Shown here: positions 47,395 to 57,017 of the stretch, in pieces
How the letters are laid out: each line of letters begins with the position of its first letter
How positions within the stretch are numbered: the stretch's first letter is position 1
Assembly (NCBI GenBank): GCA_963456355.1
Contig: CAUOLK010000001.1
Span: 1-63,317, forward strand
Direction: 5' to 3'
DNA: 63,317 nt
From: an uncultured Candidatus Saccharibacteria bacterium
Lineage (GTDB): Bacteria > Patescibacteriota > Saccharimonadia > Saccharimonadales > Saccharimonadaceae
Position numbers and translations under genes: made by a program
The notes under the pieces: model-generated
What the model saw: only the letters and a program-made list of their open reading frames with translations
What the model was told of the DNA's origin: nothing
The model's database searches: none

Positions 47395-49020
47395 ATGAGC
47401 AAGATTACTGATTATCTGAATGAGCACATTACCGGTGATGTGGTGGCGACGGATAACGTAAGGAAGCAATTTGCGACTGATGGGAGTATCTTGTCGCTGA
47501 CGCCTAATCTGGTGGCGTATCCGAGGATAGCTGATGACGTGCGCAAGGTCGCTCGTTTTGCCTGGCGTCTTGCTGAGCGGGGTCAGGTGCTGCCGATTAC
47601 GCCACGGGGTAACGGTACGGACGTGACGGGGGCGGCGATTGGTCGAGGAGTGGCGATATCTTTCCCGGCTCACATGTCGCAGATCATGGAGTTTGACCTC
47701 AAATATCGGATGATCCGAGTTCAGCCGGGACTGGAGCTGGATGCGCTTAACCAAGCCGTTGCCACTCAGGGGCTGACTTTGCCGATATCCAGTGGCTATA
47801 GCCGAGTATCGACTATCGGCGGGATGATTGCCACCAATGCCCCGGGGCGGCAGTTCGCTAAGTATGGTTCGATGCGAGACTGGGTGGATAAGCTGGAGGT
47901 TGTCCTAGCTAATGGTGAGATCATTCAGACGGGGCGGCTGACTAGACGTGAGCTGAGCGAGAAGAAGGGACTACAGACACTGGAGGGAGATATCTATCGT
48001 TCGGTAGACAGCCTGATAGAAGACAATCCGGAGGTAGTGCAAGAGATTGCTGATCGCCGAGTACTTGATGGCGGCTACGCTCTAGACCAGGTGCGAGGTA
48101 AAGACGGTAGTTTTGACCTGACGCCACTCCTGGTAGGCTCGCAGGGGACGTTGGGGATAGTGACGCAGGCTATTTTGCGTCTGATTGATACGCCGATGGA
48201 CGATACCTTGGTGGTGGCGGCGCTGGGCGATGATGTTAATGCGACCGACTTAGCCAACCTGATCCTCGAGCTGGAGCCGGCGATGGTTGAGGTGGTAGAC
48301 GGCGATACCTTGTCATTAGTACACGAGATCACCGGCTATCAGCCATGGAGCAGCATTACCAAGGGGCTACCTGCTTCGCTGATGTTCATCGAGTTTGATG
48401 ACAAGCATAGCAGCCGCAAGCTGCGCAAGATCGCCAAGATAATGGAGCAAGCGGGGGTGGTCGACGCCAACATTGCCATCGAGCCGGACGACGTAGATAA
48501 GATGATGGCTGTCTACAACTGTGTCTCGGCGATCACTAATTACAGTGACGGTGGCACGACGGCCATCCCGCTGGTGACCGAGCTGTCTATCCCGGTCAAC
48601 GATCTGGCTGATGTTATGCGAGAAGTGCGAGGCGCTCTGGATAGCAATCATCTGCAGGCCGGTATGTGGTGTAACTTCGGATCGGGGTTGATATCTGTTT
48701 ATCCACTGGTTAATTTGGCGAATCTGGGTCAGAGGCAAGTGATCGTACGCCTAATGGACAAGCTGAGCAAGATCGCCGGTAGCTACGAGGGGTCATTGGC
48801 CGGCTGTGCCGGGACGGGGCGGCTACTGTCACTATGGGCGAAGGATCAGGAGAGTAAGGCGGTTGCCGACCTGCATCATCAGGTCAAAAAAGCATTTGAT
48901 CCTTATGGTATCTTGAATCCGGGTGTGCGGGATGATGGCATAACTCGGAAGGAAGTCCTGTCGGTGCTGCGCAAGTCTTACTCATTGGGTCGGCTGACCC
49001 AGTATAATCTGCGTGGCTAG
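47395..49020 (+). CDS. FAD-binding oxidoreductase (GlcD/D-2-hydroxyacid dehydrogenase-like)
   Basis: PRGNGT..TG.AIG, TIGGMIATNA.G, GSQGTLGIVT and KKAFDPYGILNPG. Confidence 0.88.
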   Translation: MSKITDYLNEHITGDVVATDNVRKQFATDGSILSLTPNLVAYPRIADDVRKVARFAWRLAERGQVLPITPRGNGTDVTGAAIGRGVAISFPAHMSQIMEFDLKYRMIRVQPGLELDALNQAVATQGLTLPISSGYSRVSTIGGMIATNAPGRQFAKYGSMRDWVDKLEVVLANGEIIQTGRLTRRELSEKKGLQTLEGDIYRSVDSLIEDNPEVVQEIADRRVLDGGYALDQVRGKDGSFDLTPLLVGSQGTLGIVTQAILRLIDTPMDDTLVVAALGDDVNATDLANLILELEPAMVEVVDGDTLSLVHEITGYQPWSSITKGLPASLMFIEFDDKHSSRKLRKIAKIMEQAGVVDANIAIEPDDVDKMMAVYNCVSAITNYSDGGTTAIPLVTELSIPVNDLADVMREVRGALDSNHLQAGMWCNFGSGLISVYPLVNLANLGQRQVIVRLMDKLSKIAGSYEGSLAGCAGTGRLLSLWAKDQESKAVADLHHQVKKAFDPYGILNPGVRDDGITRKEVLSVLRKSYSLGRLTQYNLRG

Positions 49021-49089
49021 TGTGATATAATCAAGCACGTAATGCCGAAAGGTCGCACCTTATAGAGCGGGATGGAGACACCCGCATTT

Positions 49090-49176
49090 GCGCACATGGC
49101 GGAATTGGTAGACGCGCTAGCTTCAGGTGCTAGTGAGCTTATGCTCGTGAAGGTTCAAGTCCTTTTGTGCGTACCA
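49090..49176 (+). tRNA. tRNA-Leu (CAG)
   Basis: GCGCACA/TGTGCGT acceptor stem, anticodon arm CTAGC-TTCAGGT-GCTAG, GGTTCAAGTCC and encoded CCA. Confidence 0.96.
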
Positions 49177-49271
49177 GGTATTATTTTGATGGATGTCACT
49201 TAGTGGCATCGTTCACTAGTGTGATATAATCTACCCCAGTAGTAATTAATCAAGCAGGAGAAGATTAAAAG

Positions 49272-50105
49272 ATGCAGGATAGTGACGAGACAAACGACCT
49301 CCTACAGTCACCCGAGCTGCTGAAGCCAAAGCCTAAGGTAGAGCAGTCTAGCGAGAAAGGTCGGGTGATGGTGACGGAAGCGATGCGGGATATCAAAGAA
49401 ACTGAGCAGTTCGTCGGGCATACCACCAGTGCCAGCGGAGCGGAGCTGACGGCGGCGACGGACGATGCCTTAGTCTTCGTGGCTGATGAGACGGTCAAAT
49501 CAGCCGATCAAGATGGCGTGCGAACTGACGTGGAAAAGGTAGATATCCGGAAGTCGCTACAAGCTGTCGTCGTCGAAGGGGCGATGGTAGAGAGCGGCAA
49601 AAAGCCGACTACGTCGGATAACCCGATCGTGAGTCTGGATAAGGCCGGTCGGGATAAGGAAGTAACGGCTATGATCAAAGAGCTAAAGGCGGAAGGGGCT
49701 AAGCTACCAACCGGCGAGGATGTCGCTCTGATGGCGGAGCTGGCTCGGATTAATCGAGTCGGCTATGGTGCTAATGTGGGTACGGGTGACGAGTCGGGCG
49801 ATGAGCAGCAGGTTAAGCAAGAGCGGGCGGATGAGGACGAGAATGAGCTTGAGGTAGATGACGGTGAGCCCGATCTCGACTTTGATGATACTAATGAGGA
49901 TAAAGACGAGGCTGAAGCTGAAAAGGATGACGATCAAACTGCAGCTGAAGAGACTGAGGCTGACCTTGATATTTCAGAGGAGGAATCGTCGACGTCAGAG
50001 TCGGAGGAGGATTCAGACGAAACTGATGCGGATTCTACGGTCGAACCGAACGACCCTAAATCTGATCCATTTGATCAGCTGGAGCGCTGGAAGGCAGCCA
50101 AGTAG
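49272..50105 (+). CDS. Highly acidic, probably disordered hypothetical protein
   Basis: AGGAG RBS and a D/E-rich C-terminal third. Confidence 0.7.
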   Translation: MQDSDETNDLLQSPELLKPKPKVEQSSEKGRVMVTEAMRDIKETEQFVGHTTSASGAELTAATDDALVFVADETVKSADQDGVRTDVEKVDIRKSLQAVVVEGAMVESGKKPTTSDNPIVSLDKAGRDKEVTAMIKELKAEGAKLPTGEDVALMAELARINRVGYGANVGTGDESGDEQQVKQERADEDENELEVDDGEPDLDFDDTNEDKDEAEAEKDDDQTAAEETEADLDISEEESSTSESEEDSDETDADSTVEPNDPKSDPFDQLERWKAAK

Positions 50106-50252
50106 CCAAGGTAGCTTACTGTAGTCATGTATTCATCCTACGTGCGATAAGTAAGTAGGCTGTGAGTTCCGCCGGGCTATTGAAGACAGGGGCGACTTCT
50201 AGTAGAATATGGCTAATCCGTCATAGAGTAATCAGTTAAGTTAAGGAGATAA

Positions 50253-50675
50253 ATGCTCGCAATCCGTTTACAACGCCAAGGTAAAACCCACTACGCTACT
50301 TACCGGGTGATCGTGCAAGATGTCTTGCGCCATCCGTCGAGCGGTAAGGTAGTGGCTTATGTTGGCTCATATAATCCACACACCAAGCAGGTTCAGCTAG
50401 ATAAAGAGGCTATCGAGAATTACCTTAGCCATGGTGCCCAGCCAACCGATCGAGTGGTGCGTATCTTGACCGGCGAAGGAATGACGATGCCGAAATGGGT
50501 CAAGACAGTCAGAGGTAAGCAGCGAGATATTCGCAACCCCGAGAAGCTACGTCGCAATCAGCCTAAAGAGGAGTCAGTCGAGGCGCAGGCCGAGGAGACT
50601 GCAGCTAGTGATAGCAGTGCAGCTGAGCCGTCAGAGCCGGCTGAGACAGCCGAACAGGATCAACCTGCCGAGTAG
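50253..50675 (+). CDS. rpsP: 30S ribosomal protein S16
   Basis: MLAIRLQRQGK..Y..YRVIV.D, GSYNP and GAQPTDRV, with an acidic tail. Confidence 0.96.
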   Translation: MLAIRLQRQGKTHYATYRVIVQDVLRHPSSGKVVAYVGSYNPHTKQVQLDKEAIENYLSHGAQPTDRVVRILTGEGMTMPKWVKTVRGKQRDIRNPEKLRRNQPKEESVEAQAEETAASDSSAAEPSEPAETAEQDQPAE

Positions 50676-50698
50676 GTGTAGGCTGGTAGAGGGAGGAT

Positions 50699-50731
50699 AA
50701 GCCCCGCTCATTGCATGGTAGCGGGGTTTTT
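50699..50731 (+). terminator. Intrinsic terminator after rpsP
   Basis: GCCCCGCT...AGCGGGGT followed by a T-run. Confidence 0.7.
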
Positions 50732-50764
50732 GTTAGAATTAGCCTAGCTAAATAGGAGGCGGAT

Positions 50765-51160
50765 ATGATAGAACAGCAGTTTGTTGAGTTTGTGGTTGGT
50801 AAGCTGGTAGATCATCCGGACCAGGTGTCTGTCAAGCGAACTGAAGATGACCGAGGCGTTCTTCTCGAGCTGAGTGTCGCACCTGATGACCTGGGCAGAG
50901 TGATCGGTCGTCGGGGGGCGACGGCTCAGAGCCTGCGTAATATCTTGCGAGCACTCGGAGCGAAGAATGATGCTCGCTATAATCTCAAGATTGTTGACAC
51001 AGACAATCAGGGCGAAACTGGTGAGGCGACATCTACAACAGAAAACGACGAGGCTGTCGATACTGTGGAAAATAAAGCCACTGAAGATGTGGAAAAGACA
51101 CTTAGTCGTGCCGATAAGCTTCGTCAGAACCTTGCAGACCTCGATGATCTTGATATATAA
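50765..51160 (+). CDS. khpA: KH-domain RNA-binding protein KhpA/YlqC
   Basis: LVDHPDQV and DLGRVIGRRG.TA..LR, directly after rpsP. Confidence 0.92.
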   Translation: MIEQQFVEFVVGKLVDHPDQVSVKRTEDDRGVLLELSVAPDDLGRVIGRRGATAQSLRNILRALGAKNDARYNLKIVDTDNQGETGEATSTTENDEAVDTVENKATEDVEKTLSRADKLRQNLADLDDLDI

Positions 51161-51213
51161 TATCCCCAGTTCGAAATGTGCGCGAACTAAAATGTGAGAT
51201 TTATTTGTGCTGT

Positions 51214-51243
51214 AAAGCCGTCCTATTTATTAGGGCGGTTTTT
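51214..51243 (+). terminator. Intrinsic terminator after khpA
   Basis: AAAGCCGTCCTA...TAGGGCGGTTTTT. Confidence 0.7.
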
Positions 51244-51278
51244 CAGTGTGAACCACCCGGTGCATGCTATAATCAGCC

Positions 51279-51947
51279 ATGATGAAAAGGTTTGTCGTGA
51301 TAACGCTGTTCCCTGAGATGTTCGAGCCGGTGCTGGGCTCGTCGATGATGTGGAAGGCGCAGAAAGACCAAAAGGCGGAGTTTCAGTTAATCAATCTGCG
51401 TGACTATGGGCTGGGGCCTCGGCGTCAGGTCGACGATAAGCCCTTCGGCGGTGGGGCGGGTATGCTGCTGATGATCGAGCCGCTGACTAAGGCGATAGAG
51501 CGGGCTAGGCTGATCTTACCTCGGGCAAAGGTGTTATTGATGACACCGGCTAAGACGGTCTGGGACCAAAAGCAGGCATGGCTACATGCGGAGAGTGATG
51601 ACGATTACATCATCGTCTGCGGGCGCTACGAGGGCTTTGACGCTAGAGTCGAGGAGCTGGTGAATGAGAAAATCTCGGTGGGTCGTTATGTGTTAACGGG
51701 CGGTGAACTGCCGGCCATGATCGTGATCGACTCGATCGTCCGTTTGTTGCCGGGTGTACTTGGTGGTGGCGACGAAGCAACGGTGATCGAAAGCTATTCG
51801 CAGCTGGATGCGCTGGAGTATCCTCAGTATACCAGGCCGGAAGAGTATAAGGGGAGACGAGTGCCGGAGGTGCTCCTCTCGGGCAACCATGCCCTGATTG
51901 GGAAGTGGCGTCGGGAGCATCAGATCGATCTCTCAGCTGATTCGTAA
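51279..51947 (+). CDS. trmD: tRNA (guanine-N1)-methyltransferase TrmD
   Basis: VDDKPFGGGAGML, CGRYEGFDAR, SVGRYVLTGGELPA and LEYPQYTRP. Confidence 0.97.
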   Translation: MMKRFVVITLFPEMFEPVLGSSMMWKAQKDQKAEFQLINLRDYGLGPRRQVDDKPFGGGAGMLLMIEPLTKAIERARLILPRAKVLLMTPAKTVWDQKQAWLHAESDDDYIIVCGRYEGFDARVEELVNEKISVGRYVLTGGELPAMIVIDSIVRLLPGVLGGGDEATVIESYSQLDALEYPQYTRPEEYKGRRVPEVLLSGNHALIGKWRREHQIDLSADS

Positions 51948-51998
51948 CGACAATAATAACGAACAATTTCAAATGGTAATCGGCGTGGTCGCTCCGAT

Positions 51999-52108
51999 AA
52001 AACAAAGAGGGTCGGCAGTGGCCGACCCAAGAGGTGTGTGGTGGAGACAAAAGCAAAAATTCGCTCGAAAGCATAACGTTTGTTAAGTTTTTGTTTGAAC
52101 TTTTGCTT
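51999..52108 (-). ncRNA. Candidate small RNA
   Basis: Minus-strand TTGCAC-N18-TAGTAT, 5' stem AAGCAAAAGTTC/GAATTTTTGCTT and terminator GGGTCGGC-CACT-GCCGACCC-TCTTTGTTTT. Confidence 0.4.
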
Positions 52109-52196
52109 ACGTATATACTAGCACGTTTAACCGGCTGAGTGCAAGAGGTTTGTATATATTACAATGAAATGCTTACGCTAATGGTATAATGTTGCT

Positions 52197-53294
52197 ATGC
52201 AGAGGCGGGCAAAGTATAACGAATATATCGATGGCGGTCGGAACGCTAGGCTGCTTGAACACTCCGTGGCTTACCGAGTGTTAATCCGGAGCTACCAAGA
52301 CTCAGATGGCGATGGTCTGGGCGATCTGGTCGGTCTCATTAGTAGGCTTGACTATATTGCCGAGCTGGGGGTGGATGTTATCATCCTGTCATTATATGAG
52401 CTGACTCACCAAGGAGATCAGGCGAAGCCGGACGACTTGACGTCACTCAGTACTCGTCTCGGCACGATGCTGCAGTTAATCGACTTAATTAGCCGAGCTC
52501 GGGAGCGACGGCTAAAGATCATCTTATCTATCCCTGCCAGTCTGGCCGAGGCGGAGGTCTGTGGCTATTGGCTCAAGAAAGGCGTGGCGGGGTTCGTGCC
52601 ATATCAAGACCCTCTTCTAAGCGATTATCGACCCGGTGGCGGTTTGAACTTAAAGAAGCTCAAGCGTGACCTGGTGGCTAGGGTTAGACATGATGCGACT
52701 ATGATTGAGCTGGAGAGTGAGACCACTCTTCGCTCGGTGACGCTCTGTGCCGGTGACCGGTACCGGGAGGAGGTCGCCAAGATGCTGGCGACAATCATGC
52801 TAACCATGCCTGGTGTACCTTGTATCTATCAGGGACAGGAGATCGGCACACCTAGCCCGAGGCAACGGTTCGGTCGGGCAGAACTAAATGCCGGTACCCC
52901 GATGTATTGGAGTGATGACGAGTATGCCGGCTTTAGCGAAGTGGCACCGCAGCTAGCTCTTGACCGGACTTTTCAGATAGTTAATGTCGAGGCACAAGAC
53001 AACGATCCGGCTTCGGTGCTGAGCTATTATCGTCAGCTGATCGCTCTGCGCAAGAGCAGCTTGATCTTGCAAGACGGCGCCATCAAGTTCATTGGTGATC
53101 GTGGCAGCATCCTTTGCTATCGACGGTCACTTGATGGCTATCAATTGCAGGTTACCGGCAATTTGTCTTCTAGATATGTCGCTCCGGCGGCTGAGATAGC
53201 TAAGGGAGAGCTAGTCTGCAGTAGCTATATTGGGCGAGGTGACCTAGCCAAGCCGCTCGCCCCATATGAGGCAGTGGTTACCCGAGTCGACTAA
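52197..53294 (+). CDS. Shortened, degenerate GH13 (oligo-1,6-glucosidase-like) protein
   Basis: RSYQDSDGDGLGDL.GL..RLDYI..LGVD, PGVPCIYQGQEIG, TPMYW and NVEAQDNDP.SVL.YYR.LI.LRK are present. The central catalytic region is missing or altered. Confidence 0.8.
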   Translation: MQRRAKYNEYIDGGRNARLLEHSVAYRVLIRSYQDSDGDGLGDLVGLISRLDYIAELGVDVIILSLYELTHQGDQAKPDDLTSLSTRLGTMLQLIDLISRARERRLKIILSIPASLAEAEVCGYWLKKGVAGFVPYQDPLLSDYRPGGGLNLKKLKRDLVARVRHDATMIELESETTLRSVTLCAGDRYREEVAKMLATIMLTMPGVPCIYQGQEIGTPSPRQRFGRAELNAGTPMYWSDDEYAGFSEVAPQLALDRTFQIVNVEAQDNDPASVLSYYRQLIALRKSSLILQDGAIKFIGDRGSILCYRRSLDGYQLQVTGNLSSRYVAPAAEIAKGELVCSSYIGRGDLAKPLAPYEAVVTRVD

Positions 53295-53350
53295 ACGCTT
53301 AAGATGATATACGACTAGCCGACGATCGTCCGGCTGTCCGGCTACAACAC

Positions 53351-55450
53351 CTATCTGGTACCTGCCATCAAGAAGATGACGTAAATGACGGTGAAGAGCA
53401 TGAAGAGGATGATCGGGGCGACGCTGCTGGTCAGGTCACGTTCGTCATTAAGGTCGGAAATACGCAGAGTCAGGGAATTGACGGTAATAGTAGTGATAGA
53501 CATCGCCATGATCAAGCTGGCTAACTCGGGGCTAAGCTCGACTCCGATACCGGCTAGTGTACCGGCGGCAATCGGCAAGCTGACGACATTGTAAAAGAGT
53601 GAGAAGAAGATATTTTGTCTGATCTTGTGAGTGGTTAGCTTGGCTAGTCGGAGGGCGCTATAGATGAGCTGAGGGCTGCCATTGACAATGACGATATCTC
53701 CCGTCTCAATGGCCGCCTCGGTACCGGTGCCGATGGCGATACCGACGCTGGCACTAGCCAAGGCCGGTGCATCATTGATGCCGTCACCAACCATGGCTAC
53801 GACGTGACCTTTCTGGCGCAAGCTGATCACTTCTTTAGCCTTGTCGTCCGGCTTGGTGTTGGCAATGATCTGCTTGATCCCGAGTCGGCGAGCGATTGCC
53901 TTGGTGGCTATCTCGCTGTCGCCGGAGAGCAGATAGGTCTTGATGCCTAGCTGATGGAGCTGTTTGATCAGCCCGACAGCCCCCTCTTTCGGCTGGTCGG
54001 AGATGCCGATCACACCCAAGATCTGCTGCCTGGTGAAGACGTAGCAAATCATCTTGCCCATTCGACGCAGCTTTGAAGTATCGGGCAGGCCGGACTTATG
54101 CAACTTGCGAGCATACTCTTCGCTACCTAGATAGTATTTCTTGCCTCCGATTAGCCCGCTGATACCTCGGTTAGTCGCCACCTCCAGCCGTTTGACCGCC
54201 CTAGTTTCAATCTGGCGCTTGCTGGATCGTTGGGCGATAGCCTGAGCTAAGGGATGGAGGCTGTGTTTGGCTAGGCTACTGGCGATGGACATAGTCTCCT
54301 TGGCGGTGGCAGAGATCGTGATGACATCAGTCACGGCTAGCTGACCTTTGGTCAGAGTGCCGGTCTTATCAAAGACGATAGTGTCAACTTGGCTCAGCGA
54401 CTCCAGACTCCTGCTACCTTTGATCAAGATACCGTTCCGAGTGCCCAGGTCGACACTGGCGGTAGTCACACTGGGGCTAGCCAGACCGAAAGCGTAGGGG
54501 CAAGCCACCATGATGATGGAGATAAACATGGTCATGGCTGACGACAAGTCGGAACCAAGGAAGAAATATCTGACGGCGAAACAGATCAGGGCGAAGAGAA
54601 TGACTAGCGGGACGAAGACGTTAGACATACGGTCGGCGATATCTTCGTTGATCGTCCGATCAGAACGGGTGCTCCGGATCAGCTGGATGATCTGAGCCAG
54701 TAACGTCTCTTCATATAAGTGGTCAGCTACGATGACCAGCTCGCCTGAGCCATTAGTGGTACCACCGATCACCCGACTGTCCGGTTGCTTACTGACGGGT
54801 GCACTCTCGCCGGTAATGATTGCTTCATTGACCGAAGAAACACCGTCAACGACATAACCATCGATGGGGATACGTTCGTGAGAATGAATGATCACTCTGT
54901 CGCCGACCTCGATCCGGTCGACAGGGATATTGATGACGTTGCCGCCGCTGACAACGTGAGCCAGGCTGGGTTTGAGCCGGATTAGCTGCTTGACTGATTG
55001 CTGTGCTCGGCTAATCGCCCGCATCTCCAGCCATTTACCGAGAACGACAAAGACGAATAGAAAAGTGACCGTACTGAAGTAAAGTGGCGCTCGTCGGCCG
55101 GCGGGGACGACGAGTGAGTTGTTCTGGAGAGCCAATAAAACAAAGCTGATACAGCTATAGGCATAAGCGACCGAAGTGCCGATAGTGATGAGGCTATCTA
55201 CATTAAATAGCTGATGCTTTAGACCCCGGATGGTACTGCGCCAGAAGACCAACCCTAGATAGACAATCGCCAGGGTGGACATCAGACAGGTTGTCAGAGG
55301 CGCCCAGGGTTGAAGGGCACGGTTGATGGCTGAGCTGGGTATTAGCCAGTCCAGAGCTAAGAAACCGGTCGCCGGTAGACATAGGATGATCGAAAAGATC
55401 AACCTCTTTTGCCAGAGTCGAACCCCACCAACACTTACTCTGTTATGCAT
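53351..55450 (-). CDS. P1B-type heavy-metal-translocating ATPase (CopA-like, CPY variant)
   Basis: ITGES, CPY, FDKTGTLT, HP, SGD, MVGDGINDAPALA and YN in a late TM helix. Confidence 0.9.
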   Translation of the reverse strand: MHNRVSVGGVRLWQKRLIFSIILCLPATGFLALDWLIPSSAINRALQPWAPLTTCLMSTLAIVYLGLVFWRSTIRGLKHQLFNVDSLITIGTSVAYAYSCISFVLLALQNNSLVVPAGRRAPLYFSTVTFLFVFVVLGKWLEMRAISRAQQSVKQLIRLKPSLAHVVSGGNVINIPVDRIEVGDRVIIHSHERIPIDGYVVDGVSSVNEAIITGESAPVSKQPDSRVIGGTTNGSGELVIVADHLYEETLLAQIIQLIRSTRSDRTINEDIADRMSNVFVPLVILFALICFAVRYFFLGSDLSSAMTMFISIIMVACPYAFGLASPSVTTASVDLGTRNGILIKGSRSLESLSQVDTIVFDKTGTLTKGQLAVTDVITISATAKETMSIASSLAKHSLHPLAQAIAQRSSKRQIETRAVKRLEVATNRGISGLIGGKKYYLGSEEYARKLHKSGLPDTSKLRRMGKMICYVFTRQQILGVIGISDQPKEGAVGLIKQLHQLGIKTYLLSGDSEIATKAIARRLGIKQIIANTKPDDKAKEVISLRQKGHVVAMVGDGINDAPALASASVGIAIGTGTEAAIETGDIVIVNGSPQLIYSALRLAKLTTHKIRQNIFFSLFYNVVSLPIAAGTLAGIGVELSPELASLIMAMSITTITVNSLTLRISDLNDERDLTSSVAPIILFMLFTVIYVIFLMAGTR

Positions 55451-55468
55451 ATATTCATTATACCTTAT

Positions 55469-56287
55469 TTAGTGCGGTAGTGCCCCCGTCGATAGTAGAT
55501 AGATGATAATAATAGCGATGCTGATCCGGTAAGCGCCGAAAGCTCTGAGGTCGTGCTTCTCCAGATAAGTCAAGAAAAGCCTGACGGCGACGATACCGAC
55601 GATGAAAGCGAAGATATTGCCGAGTAAAAGTGGCTGCCAATGACGAACGATGAAGCCGGTATTCTTGACGACTAGCTTAGCCAGTAGAGCCAGCATGATG
55701 GGGATACTGGCGAGGAAAGAATACTCGGTTGCCTGCTTGGGCTTGAGTCCGCAGAGGCGGGAAGCAATGATAGTAGAACCGGAACGGGATACCCCCGGCA
55801 CCAGAGCTAGACACTGAGCCATACCGATGATGAGAGCTCGACCCGGCGATAAGTCTCGTCCATCGGCGACATCTGATAGTCGAGGCAGCCTCTCCAGTAC
55901 GACCATGATGACGCCGAAGATGATTAGCGAGACGGCGATGACCAGGCTGCTGGCAAAGAAAGCCGAGTGTTCGACAAACTTTGACATAGTGAAGCCGATC
56001 AGTCCGACGGGCAGACAGGTGATGGCGATATTGCGGAGTAGACGGTAGTCGTGCTCGACGAAGACTTGTCGAGCCAGCTCTTTTAACTGATGCCGGAAAT
56101 AAATGATCAGAGCCAGGGTCGTACCGAAATCAAGCGCCTGGATAAATAGATGACCGCCGTGATGCAGCCTCAGCAGGTGGCCGGCTATGATCAGGTGTCC
56201 CGATGAGGAAACGGGAATGAACTCCGTCGCTCCCTGGATGATTCCCATGATGATGGGCGGCAGTATTAGCAGATGTACCAAATGCAT
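55469..56287 (-). CDS. uppP: Undecaprenyl-diphosphate phosphatase
   Basis: QGATEFIPVSSSGHL, PGVSRSGSTI and EYSFLASIP. Confidence 0.95.
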   Translation of the reverse strand: MHLVHLLILPPIIMGIIQGATEFIPVSSSGHLIIAGHLLRLHHGGHLFIQALDFGTTLALIIYFRHQLKELARQVFVEHDYRLLRNIAITCLPVGLIGFTMSKFVEHSAFFASSLVIAVSLIIFGVIMVVLERLPRLSDVADGRDLSPGRALIIGMAQCLALVPGVSRSGSTIIASRLCGLKPKQATEYSFLASIPIMLALLAKLVVKNTGFIVRHWQPLLLGNIFAFIVGIVAVRLFLTYLEKHDLRAFGAYRISIAIIIIYLLSTGALPH

Positions 56288-56288
56288 G

Positions 56289-56969
56289 CTAGTCTTTCTG
56301 TGCTTGCTCGGCTGATTTAGCCTTAGTCCGGACTACCTCTGCCTCGGCGATATCATCGGGGCTATGCTTGGTCTTGGTGGATTGACTGGCTGCTCGTTCC
56401 GCCTTACGGATAGCCTGGCGGAGCGTTTTGGTCTTGCGGTAGGTTCGGATGGCGTAATATTCTGCCACTAGGCCATAGGCAAAGATGTAAATACCGACAA
56501 TCCACATCATCCCTGTGGTGGCTAGTCGGGGCTGGAATAGCACCAAGAAACCGAGAATGACACCGATGATACCGATGGTGGTGACGAGCGGCTTAGACTC
56601 ATTGTCCTCGGAGTAGGAAGTGGCAATTAAGCCCAGTAATGACTGGATGAAGATATAGATAGCTAGGATAGCTGCGATGAAAGCTTGGGCGACGATCGGA
56701 TTAGCCAGTACCATGGTGCCAATGCTGATGCCGCAAACGGCAAAGATCATCGACGTCCACCATAGATTGTCTTTCTTAACACTGAGCAGAGACTTGCCTA
56801 ATATGATAGCCGATATCAGCAGTACTAAGACACCGAAGAGATAGATAAAGACCGACAAGACGAGCTGAGGTCTAATCATCGCCACCAGCCCGACTACTAT
56901 GCTGACCAGGCCGCTGGTAGCTACTAACAGCCACAGACTCTTAGCGATTTTTCGTAACTTAGCTAGCAT
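56289..56969 (-). CDS. HdeD/DUF308 family membrane protein
   Basis: Repeated two-helix G...G...P units giving 6 TM helices. Confidence 0.75.
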   Translation of the reverse strand: MLAKLRKIAKSLWLLVATSGLVSIVVGLVAMIRPQLVLSVFIYLFGVLVLLISAIILGKSLLSVKKDNLWWTSMIFAVCGISIGTMVLANPIVAQAFIAAILAIYIFIQSLLGLIATSYSEDNESKPLVTTIGIIGVILGFLVLFQPRLATTGMMWIVGIYIFAYGLVAEYYAIRTYRKTKTLRQAIRKAERAASQSTKTKHSPDDIAEAEVVRTKAKSAEQAQKD

Positions 56970-57017
56970 CTCTTTTCTACCATTTCCTTATACAAAATGG
57001 TAAAGCCTATAGATTAT

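Noticed and set aside
49017..49231. 16-bp direct repeat CTAGTGTGATATAATC flanking tRNA-Leu(CAG) as an att site or target duplication
   Set aside because: Both copies are extended -10 promoters (TGnTATAAT) for the tRNA and the next gene, and no integrase is nearby.
51160..51279. Missing rimM between khpA and trmD as a deletion scar
   Set aside because: No remnant is visible, and gene loss or relocation is ordinary in reduced genomes.
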